Shown here: positions 17,353-25,094 of the stretch, in pieces
How the letters are laid out: each line of letters opens with the position of its first letter
Numbering within the stretch: the stretch's first letter is position 1
NCBI GenBank assembly: GCA_018383975.1
Contig: JAHAZT010000041.1
Span: 21,638-85,637, forward strand
DNA: 64,000 nucleotides
Reading direction: 5' to 3'
Source of the DNA: Eubacteriales bacterium
GTDB lineage: Bacteria; Bacillota; Clostridia; Oscillospirales; CAG-272
The notes under the pieces: generated by a model
What the model was told of the DNA's origin: nothing
Databases searched by the model: none
Seen by the model: the letters and a program-made list of their open reading frames with translations, nothing else
Position numbers and translations under genes: made by a program

Positions 17353-17562
17353 ATGGACAAAAAAGAAAAATATCTGATTAAAAATACAACCCGCGCCCGT
17401 CGCGAAGAAATCGTCCGGATGTCGCTCGGCGGCGACGTCTGCTCCGGCTGTGCCGGTTGCGAAGGCGTCGGCTGCGGCAACGCGCTTGAAATGTACAAGG
17501 ACTATATCGAAGGCAAGAAGGAGCTTTCGGAAATAAACAGGAACATTGCAAAGACATTATAA
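17353..17562 (+). CDS. small hypothetical protein with a CSGCAGCEGVGC Cys/Gly cluster (existence uncertain)
   Basis: A 69-codon ORF starting directly after the terminator T-run. Its only SD-like sequence (aaaggaagg) is the 3' arm of that terminator. Confidence 0.3.
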   Translation: MDKKEKYLIKNTTRARREEIVRMSLGGDVCSGCAGCEGVGCGNALEMYKDYIEGKKELSEINRNIAKTL

Positions 17563-17587
17563 ATTTCAAGTTCTTCCGCTTTTATCA

Positions 17588-17672
17588 ACCCGCGCCGCAG
17601 GCGCACCTTTTCTCTTCGATCTTCTCTCTTATCTCTTATCTCAAAAAAGCCCCGCCGAAGCGGGGCTTTTTG
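17588..17672 (+). repeat. dispersed intergenic repeat copy 1: small hairpin + pyrimidine-rich tract + bidirectional intrinsic terminator
   Basis: ..gcgccgcaggcgcaccttttctcttcgatcttctctcttatctcttatctcaaaaaagccccgccgaagcggggcttttt. Near-identical copies at 49911-49995 and 31308-31373. Confidence 0.9.
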
Positions 17673-17676
17673 CTTT

Positions 17677-18777
17677 TTACTGTATTGTTTCGCTGTTGTT
17701 GAGAACGAGCGTGCTGTAAAGGAAGAGGACATCGCTGCCTTCAAAATTTACAAACCTGCCGAGATAATCCGGAACAATATAACGTATATCGACAAGAGTT
17801 ATCTTTGCGTAACCCTCAACGAGAAGCGGAGATATGCTGCTTCCGAAGGAGTCACGGAAAATGATAAGCTCTTTGTCCGTCTTTGCGTTCGGATTTTCGA
17901 TGGTCATAAGCGATATTGAGCCGGAAAGGAACATCTGATACGGGTCTTTTCCATAGGCTTTTTCCATATCGTATACGGTTGTTTTCTTGCCCGTTTCATA
18001 GTTTGTGACTATGCAGTTATCAAGAATATCGCTTGTGAGATATTTAATCGTTTCCGAGGGCATGGGAAGTGCCGCCTGACCGTAATAAACGCCGTAAAAG
18101 GGATTGTCAAGTGTGTTTTCCCTGTACTGTCCCGAAAGGCTGGCGCCCATTCCCTTTGCAAGGGCTGCCGCAGTTTCAAGCAGCTTTTCCTGTCTCCAGT
18201 GAGTATCCGTTTTATAGTAATCGGAAATTTCAAGCGTGTTCATTATGTCTATATACTGCGCATATGACATTTTATCCTTCATTTCGGAGACGAGCTTTTC
18301 GTAATCCATTTTGAGATAGCCGCCCTTGTCGGCAAGGAAATAACTCTTATCCGGTACTATGGAGAGATAAACGTTTGAAGCCTTGCCCTCCATATATTTT
18401 TTATAGACGTATTCAAATCTGCTTGCCGCATATGCAATCGACTTGTCGTTGAGCGGATATTCAATCTTTGCCGCATAGCCGTCTTTTATATAAATTCCGT
18501 TGTTGTCAAGCTGACGGAAAACGTAATAGCTCGTCAGCGCTTTGAGCGTCCTGAACTGTTCTCTCAGCGGGAACTGATCCTGCGTGTATTTTTCAAACTT
18601 CGTCATAAACGAGCCGTTGAGCAGAGCTTTAAGCTCCGGCTTCGGAAGCTGCGCAAGGTCTCTGCGCTCGCTGTCCGAATATTTCTTTGCGGGTATCGCC
18701 CAACAGCCTATGACAGTCGTCACAAAGAACGCGGCAATTATCACAAAAGAAATTATACTTTTTGTTTTGTTATTCAT
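17677..18777 (-). CDS. DHHW family protein (AlgX/AlgJ-like SGNH-type, predicted acyl-transfer partner of MBOAT)
   Basis: N-terminal TM and the motif KTDTHW (a DHHW variant). Lies immediately downstream of the MBOAT gene. Start set at MNNKTK (GGAGGTG RBS). Confidence 0.7.
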   Translation of the reverse strand: MNNKTKSIISFVIIAAFFVTTVIGCWAIPAKKYSDSERRDLAQLPKPELKALLNGSFMTKFEKYTQDQFPLREQFRTLKALTSYYVFRQLDNNGIYIKDGYAAKIEYPLNDKSIAYAASRFEYVYKKYMEGKASNVYLSIVPDKSYFLADKGGYLKMDYEKLVSEMKDKMSYAQYIDIMNTLEISDYYKTDTHWRQEKLLETAAALAKGMGASLSGQYRENTLDNPFYGVYYGQAALPMPSETIKYLTSDILDNCIVTNYETGKKTTVYDMEKAYGKDPYQMFLSGSISLMTIENPNAKTDKELIIFRDSFGSSISPLLVEGYAKITLVDIRYIVPDYLGRFVNFEGSDVLFLYSTLVLNNSETIQ

Positions 18778-18790
18778 AATATCACCTCCG

Positions 18791-20197
18791 TCAGAAGCGG
18801 AAATAGAGGAACGGATTGTATGACCCGTCAACAAGGCACGCCGTGCATATCGCAAGCAACACGCAGAGGGCAACCGGTGCAAGCACCGTCATTATCTTGC
18901 CGCCGACGCGACTTTCGTTTATCTTGCCGACAACGAGCTTCGGAAGCGGCGTCGAGCCGATCATCGCGAGCAGGATTACAACTCCGTAGCTGCGCAGATA
19001 GTAAACAAATTCAGTCGAGACAAGCGGATAGCCGCCCGCGCCGAACATCGAACCTATATAAGAGAATGCGTCCTTCATGCTTGCCGCATCGAATATAACA
19101 AAGCTGATTATGACAAGCAACAGCACGTAAATATGGTTCAGCACCTTGCTCTTTTTCAGGTATTTAAGCAGGAACAGCTTTTCTATCATCAGTATGATTG
19201 CAAAATACAGTCCCCAGATGATGAAGTTCCAAGCCGCCCCGTGCCACATTCCGGTCAGCATCCAGACAACGAAAATATTAAAGAAATGTCTTGCCTTGCC
19301 GACTCTGTTTCCGCCGAGCGGAATATAAACATAGTCGCGGAACCATGAGCCGAGCGACATATGCCATCTGCGCCAGAACTCCGTAACGCTGCCCGAAATA
19401 TAAGGATAATTGAAGTTTTCAAGGAAGTCAAAGCCGAATATTTTTCCGAGTCCGATTGCCATATCGCTGTAACCGGAGAAGTCGAAATAGATATGAAGCG
19501 TATATGCTATGGCATAAAGCCAGAAGAAAAGAACGGATTTATCGCCGGAACCCTTGAAAGTATCGCAAAGCTCGCCGAGGAAGTTTGCAATGAGAATTTT
19601 CTTTGAAAGTCCGATGATGAAGCGGCTCATTCCCGCAGATATCTTTTCAAATGAGTGATTGCGGTTTCTCAGCTGCTCCGCTATATCGGAGTAACGGACA
19701 ATCGGTCCCGCAATAAGCTGCGGGAAAAGCGCAACATAGGTTGCGAGGTCAATCGGGTTTTTCTGCGCCGCAACGTCGCCTCTGTAAACGTCAACGGTAT
19801 AGCTTAAAATCTGGAATGTATAGAAGCTGATGCCGACGGGAAGCGCGATTTTGAGAAGCGGAATGGAAAGTCCGGTCACCGCGTTGATATTTGAAATGAA
19901 GAAGTCCGCATATTTGAAATAGCCGAGTACGGCAAGACTGCTGGTAACGGAAAGAACCAGAAACAACTTTGCAAGGCCGTGATTTTTTTCTCTGTACTTT
20001 TCAATCAGAAGTCCGAAAAGATATCCGAGTCCGATAGAAAGCACCATCCATATAACATACTTTGGCTCGCCCCACGCATAAAATACAAGGCTCGAAAGGA
20101 GAAGAACCGTGTTTTTGAGAAAGCGCGGCGCAATCAGATATAAAAGTATTACACACGGTAAAAAGTAATACAAAAACGGAATGCTTGAAAATAACAT
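18791..20197 (-). CDS. MBOAT family O-acyltransferase (AlgI/DltB-like)
   Basis: Polytopic protein with FYAWGEPKY, SFYTFQ, GYSDMAIG and WRRWHMSLGSWFRDYVYIPLGGNR (conserved MBOAT His region). Confidence 0.9.
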   Translation of the reverse strand: MLFSSIPFLYYFLPCVILLYLIAPRFLKNTVLLLSSLVFYAWGEPKYVIWMVLSIGLGYLFGLLIEKYREKNHGLAKLFLVLSVTSSLAVLGYFKYADFFISNINAVTGLSIPLLKIALPVGISFYTFQILSYTVDVYRGDVAAQKNPIDLATYVALFPQLIAGPIVRYSDIAEQLRNRNHSFEKISAGMSRFIIGLSKKILIANFLGELCDTFKGSGDKSVLFFWLYAIAYTLHIYFDFSGYSDMAIGLGKIFGFDFLENFNYPYISGSVTEFWRRWHMSLGSWFRDYVYIPLGGNRVGKARHFFNIFVVWMLTGMWHGAAWNFIIWGLYFAIILMIEKLFLLKYLKKSKVLNHIYVLLLVIISFVIFDAASMKDAFSYIGSMFGAGGYPLVSTEFVYYLRSYGVVILLAMIGSTPLPKLVVGKINESRVGGKIMTVLAPVALCVLLAICTACLVDGSYNPFLYFRF

Positions 20198-20266
20198 ACG
20201 TCCACCTTTTTTACATAGCTACGGCACCGCACAAGCGGTGCCGCGCTTATTCTTGTATTTTTGTAA

Positions 20267-20965
20267 TTAAACCTCAATGTTTGCGTCGATGAGGAGCTTT
20301 GCGTTTGTATCCGCAGCAAGGCATTTTGTCTTGAATGTGTCAATCGGGTCTGCCTTTCCGAAGCCAACAATGATATATTCGCCGACAGAAACAACCATAA
20401 CCTTATCCGGGAAGCCGCACATCCAGCGTGTACCCATAATTGCGCTGTTGTAGTCCTTTGCAAAGCTTTCTGCAGTTTTAGCGTCCTTGAGATGGAAGAT
20501 CGCAGAGCTGAATGTATTTGTATTCATCATATGGATAAGGTTTGCCGCGTCGTTTTTGACCGTTGCGAGAAGGTCATCGGTAATGTGGGTATATGCCTTT
20601 ATGGATTCTTTGTTCTTTTCTATATCAAAAGCTCCGGGGCCTTCATCGGAATTGTGATCCTCATCGCCGCCGCCGACGGGGAATTTATCGTCGTCGGTGT
20701 AAGAGCCCCATATTTTATTGAAGAGATCGAGCGCATTTGCGTATGCGGGAGTTACGGGAACATCGGGAGTTGTAGTGGTTGTTGTAGCTTCTGTTGTTGT
20801 GGTTGTTGTGTTTGTGTTTGAAGTAGTTGTTGCGTTTGCGTTTGTGGTTGTTGTTACACCGGGTTCTGTCGTTGTTGTGGAATTGTTGTTTCCTCCGCAG
20901 GATACGAGCGAGATTGTGAGTGTCAGCATAACTGCCGCAAGCAAAAGTGCAATAATCTTTTTCAT
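20267..20965 (-). CDS. lipoprotein of unknown function with long poly-Thr linker
   Basis: Lipobox LVSCGG, about 40 residues dominated by Thr/Asn, then a globular C-terminal domain (possibly DUF4358-like; not verified). Confidence 0.7.
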   Translation of the reverse strand: MKKIIALLLAAVMLTLTISLVSCGGNNNSTTTTEPGVTTTTNANATTTSNTNTTTTTTEATTTTTTPDVPVTPAYANALDLFNKIWGSYTDDDKFPVGGGDEDHNSDEGPGAFDIEKNKESIKAYTHITDDLLATVKNDAANLIHMMNTNTFSSAIFHLKDAKTAESFAKDYNSAIMGTRWMCGFPDKVMVVSVGEYIIVGFGKADPIDTFKTKCLAADTNAKLLIDANIEV

Positions 20966-21001
20966 CAGTGTTTTCTTCCTTTTCTGTGTAATGTGATTTT
21001 T

Positions 21002-21559
21002 TCAGTTTTTGCCGTCCTCGGCGGACAGTATCAGACAGTCCCGTTCGCCGTCATAGGTGGCTTTGATTATAAGGGTTTTACTTTTTGACGTCACCGTCAA
21101 TTCAAAATTTTCTTTGCCCGAGATGTCCACGACCCATTCAAATGACGTGTCTCTTCTCGTTTTGATGGACGAGGTTATCCTGCCATCGGCGGTGCAAAGC
21201 GTTCCGCCTTCCGACGCTGTGATAACAGTTTTCCCATCTGCTTCGATTTTAATCGGGACGGTTATCACCTTTTTTTCGCGCGGGGAGTGATCCTCCGTGT
21301 AAACGGAGATACTCGGGGAGGTTATCTCTCCCGTCTGCTCTCTGAGCGTCTGTCCGTCAATGCTTACGTCAAAATTTCCGGAGCCGTAATTTCTGAAAAG
21401 CACAAGTGACAGGACAACAACAAAGCAAGCGGCTATCGCCCCTATATACCTTGTAGCCAAACGGAAATTCGGTTTCTTCTTTTTGACAGGCTCCCGCGCT
21501 TCCGTCAGCAGTTCGTCGTCTATCTCGGTGATAGCTCTTGCAAGTATTTCATTTTTCAT
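21002..21559 (-). CDS. putative anti-sigma factor (single-pass membrane protein)
   Basis: Follows the sigma gene by 16 nt. Short cytoplasmic N-terminus, TM IGAIAACFVVVLSLVLF, and an extracytoplasmic beta-rich domain. Confidence 0.5.
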   Translation of the reverse strand: MKNEILARAITEIDDELLTEAREPVKKKKPNFRLATRYIGAIAACFVVVLSLVLFRNYGSGNFDVSIDGQTLREQTGEITSPSISVYTEDHSPREKKVITVPIKIEADGKTVITASEGGTLCTADGRITSSIKTRRDTSFEWVVDISGKENFELTVTSKSKTLIIKATYDGERDCLILSAEDGKN

Positions 21560-21575
21560 ACCTTCACCAAATTCA

Positions 21576-22136
21576 CTATACCGTGACTCCTTCCCGCTCC
21601 AGATGCGTTTTTAGTTTTGAGCGCGTTCTCAGCAGCATTGTTTTGACGCGGCTTTCGCTTATGCCGAACCTTTCCGCTATTTCCGAAACCGAATCACAAT
21701 AAAAATATCTGCAAACGAAAACCTTGCGATTAAGCTCCTTTTGCTCCCGCAGAAAATCGCTTATGCTTTTGCCGATAAGCTTTGCCTGCTGTTCTGTGTC
21801 CATCGTGTCACCTCCCGGAACGCAATCATCAAGTTCATCGAGAGAGACGGCGAATTCCCCTTCAATCCGCTTTTCCGCGTACCTCATTTTATATTTGTTT
21901 ATCGAAAGGTTACGCGTTATCTTGCCGGCGTATGCGGCAAGGTTCTGCGGTCTGCTCGGCGGAATCGAATTCCACATTTTCAGCCAGACGTCGTTTATAC
22001 ATTCTTCGCTGTCCGGCTCGCTTGAGAGGATGTTCATTGCAATTTTCATACAATATGAACCGTATTTTTTGTCCGTTTCGCTTATAGCGGTTTCGTTACG
22101 GTCGAAATAGAGCCTGATTATCTGCTCATCCTCCAC
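21576..22136 (-). CDS. RNA polymerase sigma-70 family factor, ECF-type
   Basis: Region 2-like EECINDVWLKMW and region 4 HTH NRKVFVCRYFYCDSVSEIAERFGISESRVKTML. GTG start 5 nt after AGGAGGTG. Confidence 0.85.
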   Translation of the reverse strand: MEDEQIIRLYFDRNETAISETDKKYGSYCMKIAMNILSSEPDSEECINDVWLKMWNSIPPSRPQNLAAYAGKITRNLSINKYKMRYAEKRIEGEFAVSLDELDDCVPGGDTMDTEQQAKLIGKSISDFLREQKELNRKVFVCRYFYCDSVSEIAERFGISESRVKTMLLRTRSKLKTHLEREGVTV

Positions 22137-22327
22137 GTCTTCACCTCCTGCTCTTGCGCCTCCATCCCTATATACAGATTTTTTTCGGGAAGGTTACACT
22201 TTTTTCTGAAATTTTTTTATTTTTTTGTTTTTTCGTCGTGCAAAGGGCATTTTTCCCTCATCACATTACACACAATTCATATATTATCATTACTTTATGA
22301 ACATTTCAAGGCTTACGGTGCTAAAAG

Positions 22328-22368
22328 AAAAAGGCGGGCTCTCCCCTTCCGGAGGAGCCCGCTTTTCG
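22328..22368 (-). terminator. intrinsic terminator after the antiporter-mgtC operon
   Basis: gcgggctctcc..ggaggagcccgc stem flanked by A/T runs, directly after the mgtC-like stop. Confidence 0.65.
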
Positions 22369-22370
22369 GT

Positions 22371-23090
22371 TTATCTCATTTCTTCAATATAATATACGTA
22401 ATCAAGCGTCCGCAACGCTTCGATTATCTCCGTATGCGTTTTGTATTTTTTAAGCTCTGCGGAGCTTATCGTTATCGCGACCGTGTAAACGCTGAGTCCG
22501 GAATTGAGATATGCCGGATTTGCTTCAATATCATCTATGCGGAGTCCCAGCTCACGTATCGTCGTGACAAAATCCTGAAGGTTGTTCTTGTTTTTAAGCT
22601 CAAGGTGGACTTCAAAATGATTTGAGCGGTTTTTGAGCATGATTTCAATCCTCGGGAAGAACGAAAGGCTCATAAGCGTCGTTATAAAAGCGACTATCGT
22701 GAGCGTATACAGTCCGGCACCTGCGGCAAGACCGATTATTCCGCAAGCCCAGAGTCCTGCGGAGGTTGTAAGTCCTCTTATCTGATTTCTTGAGCTGAAC
22801 AGCACGGAGTTGCCGCTTATCATCGCAGAGGCAATTATAGTCGCCGCGGAAAGAATGGGCAGCTTTATGGGGGTTCCCTCTATAAGCGCGAGATCAATAA
22901 GCATTGATACCGTCGACGCAAGCGATATCGTTATAAACGTGCGCAGTCCTGCCGAATGTCTCTTGCTTGACCTTTCGCACCCGATTATCGCCGAAAGAAC
23001 AAGCGAAATTGCTATTCTGAAAATAACCGACCACGTTCCCAGCTGTGACGACCAGTCACCGAGGAGCTTTGCAATACTATCGTAAATCAT
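22371..23090 (-). CDS. MgtC/SapB family membrane protein
   Basis: GCERSSKRHSAGLRTF motif, four to five TMs, and a C-terminal ACT-like soluble domain. Confidence 0.85.
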   Translation of the reverse strand: MIYDSIAKLLGDWSSQLGTWSVIFRIAISLVLSAIIGCERSSKRHSAGLRTFITISLASTVSMLIDLALIEGTPIKLPILSAATIIASAMISGNSVLFSSRNQIRGLTTSAGLWACGIIGLAAGAGLYTLTIVAFITTLMSLSFFPRIEIMLKNRSNHFEVHLELKNKNNLQDFVTTIRELGLRIDDIEANPAYLNSGLSVYTVAITISSAELKKYKTHTEIIEALRTLDYVYYIEEMR

Positions 23091-23103
23091 CGTAATTTCT
23101 CCT

Positions 23104-24561
23104 TTATTTTCTGTTTATAAATCTGCGCCTGCGACCCATCGCGCCCATCGCGGCATATTGTTCCTCCGCCGCTTCAAGGAACGCCTGCTCCTCTTCCGAT
23201 GGGGCGGGGTCGCTGTGAGCGGGAAGCTCCGATTGTATTTTCTTTATCCTCTCCGTCAGGATTTCAACCGGCGTTTTTGCAACGCCGCCCTCCGTCACGG
23301 GAATATCGGCTGTAATCTCCTCAAGATTTGTTGAATACGAATGTGAGAGATACAGCGAAAGCTTTGCCGCCGCAGGTCCTATCAGCTCATACAGCACGCT
23401 GGACGCCAGAATGACCGTCTGTAAGGCGTTTCCGGTCTCTCCTCCGAGCATTCTCGCTCCGAGTGCGGCAAGACCGATTGCAACTCCCGCCTGCGGTATA
23501 AGCGCAAGTCCGAGATAATTGCGAACCTTTCTGTCCTTGCCGACTATCGCGCAACCGATAAAAGAGCCTGCATATTTGCCCACGATTCTCACAAAGAAAT
23601 ACAGCACTCCGACAACCAGCAGAGGCACTCCGCCGACGGCGGACGAGGTGTTGACGAGAGCTCCGAGGTCAAAGGTGATACCCGACCTTACGAAGAACAA
23701 AAGCAGTATCGGCGGGCTGAAATAGTTCAGCTGCTTGAAGAGCTTGTCGTCATCCGTTGTGTTTATATATACCATTCCCATGGACATACACCCGAGCAGT
23801 GGCGAAATATCCATCACGGCGCATATGCCACAGAAGGTGAAAAGCAACGCGACCGAAACGATGAGTCTGTTGTCGGTCGAGCGCTTGTTCATCAGCCATT
23901 TCATCAGAAGCCCGAAAAAGCCGCCGAGCAGAAGCACGACAAGATTCAGGATTATCGGTTTTATGATACTTTCAAATCCGGCGGAACCGCTGCCTGCGGA
24001 AGACGCAAGAGCAATCGATATCGCCGCACTGTACGCAAGCAAGCCGACAACGTCATCAAGGGCGACAACCTGAAGCAGGGTATCGACAAAGTCTCCCTTT
24101 GCCCGCGTCTGGCGGATTGTCATCATTGTTGAAGCGGGGGCTGTCGCCGCCGCGAGCGCCGCAAGCACAGCGGAGAATGCAAGGTCAAGCCCGAGCACCC
24201 AATATGTAACTATAAAGACGAAAAGCGTTGCCACAAGAGACTCGAGCAGAGTGATTATTACAACCTTCATTCCGTTTTTCTTCAGCGTCGACAGCCGGAA
24301 AAATTCTCCCGTGCTGAACGCTATGAACGAAAGGGCGATATCCGGAAGGAACTCCGTTCCGTTTATGACCTTTTGCGGGATTATATCAAAAACGTAAGGA
24401 CCTATCAGTATTCCGACAACGATATACGCCGTTACGTTCGGAAGGCGGAGCAGCTTTGTTATCCGCGTCATCAGAAATCCGCAGAAAAGCATTACCGCTA
24501 TGGAAATTATCACCGAGGCGACAGGTCCCGTGCTTTCAACCATTGCACGCATATCTTTCAT
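23104..24561 (-). CDS. cation:proton antiporter (CPA-type Na+/H+ exchanger family) with C-terminal soluble tail
   Basis: About 11-12 TMs with LPNVTAYIVVGILIGP, typical of Kef/NapA-type exchangers. The start could be the second ATG (24552). Confidence 0.75.
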   Translation of the reverse strand: MKDMRAMVESTGPVASVIISIAVMLFCGFLMTRITKLLRLPNVTAYIVVGILIGPYVFDIIPQKVINGTEFLPDIALSFIAFSTGEFFRLSTLKKNGMKVVIITLLESLVATLFVFIVTYWVLGLDLAFSAVLAALAAATAPASTMMTIRQTRAKGDFVDTLLQVVALDDVVGLLAYSAAISIALASSAGSGSAGFESIIKPIILNLVVLLLGGFFGLLMKWLMNKRSTDNRLIVSVALLFTFCGICAVMDISPLLGCMSMGMVYINTTDDDKLFKQLNYFSPPILLLFFVRSGITFDLGALVNTSSAVGGVPLLVVGVLYFFVRIVGKYAGSFIGCAIVGKDRKVRNYLGLALIPQAGVAIGLAALGARMLGGETGNALQTVILASSVLYELIGPAAAKLSLYLSHSYSTNLEEITADIPVTEGGVAKTPVEILTERIKKIQSELPAHSDPAPSEEEQAFLEAAEEQYAAMGAMGRRRRFINRK

Positions 24562-24711
24562 CCTTTCTTTCTTGGTATTTCTCCCGTTTCAAGAGATACA
24601 ACTGTATTATTATATGATATTACTTTTTATCGTTTTTGTCAACTGTTTTAATGCGCTTTCAACAAATCGCATATCCGGACGCGCCGTTTTTTTGTCATTT
24701 GCAACAGACAG

Positions 24712-24744
24712 AAAAGCCTTTCCGTATCAGCGGAAAGGTTTTTC
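24712..24744 (-). terminator. intrinsic terminator of the LtaS-like/YidC-TagF operon
   Basis: cctttccg-tatcag-cggaaagg with flanking A/T runs, 10 nt after the small gene's stop. Confidence 0.65.
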
Positions 24745-24753
24745 CCTATGACA

Positions 24754-25074
24754 TTATTTCTTTTCGTCCGTTTTGTCTGACGACGTATCGTCTTCGGAAT
24801 TATCGGCGCAGCCGTCCTCTTCTTCGTTTATCACGATATCCTCTTCGACCTCTTTGCCCGCGTTTTCATCAATACCGAGCACCTTCGACGCCTTCTTCTT
24901 TATCTTTCTCCAGACGATATAGAACGTCGCGCCCAGCGCGATAACTATGCCGCCGATAACCTGCGCTATAAGCGTAACCTGTGAAGGGTCTATATAAGCC
25001 GCAGCGTTGACCGTCGCAAACAGCGTCATTCCAAAGCAAAGGTATGCCGCAAGAAGTATTTTCATTCGTTTCAT
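24754..25074 (-). CDS. small membrane protein: signal peptide, AYIDPSQVT motif, one TM, acidic tail
   Basis: MKRMKILLAAYLCFGMTLFATVNA|AAYIDPSQVTLIAQVIGGIVIALGATFYIVW followed by a highly acidic C-terminus. Last gene of the operon. Confidence 0.6.
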   Translation of the reverse strand: MKRMKILLAAYLCFGMTLFATVNAAAYIDPSQVTLIAQVIGGIVIALGATFYIVWRKIKKKASKVLGIDENAGKEVEEDIVINEEEDGCADNSEDDTSSDKTDEKK

Positions 25075-25094
25075 ATCAGATTATCTCCCGTAAA

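Noticed and set aside
17353-17562. Cys/Gly-rich small ORF as a RiPP (SCIFF/ranthipeptide-like) precursor
   Set aside because: It has only four Cys residues. No radical-SAM maturase, protease or transporter is adjacent, and the Cys cluster sits mid-protein, not in a C-terminal core.
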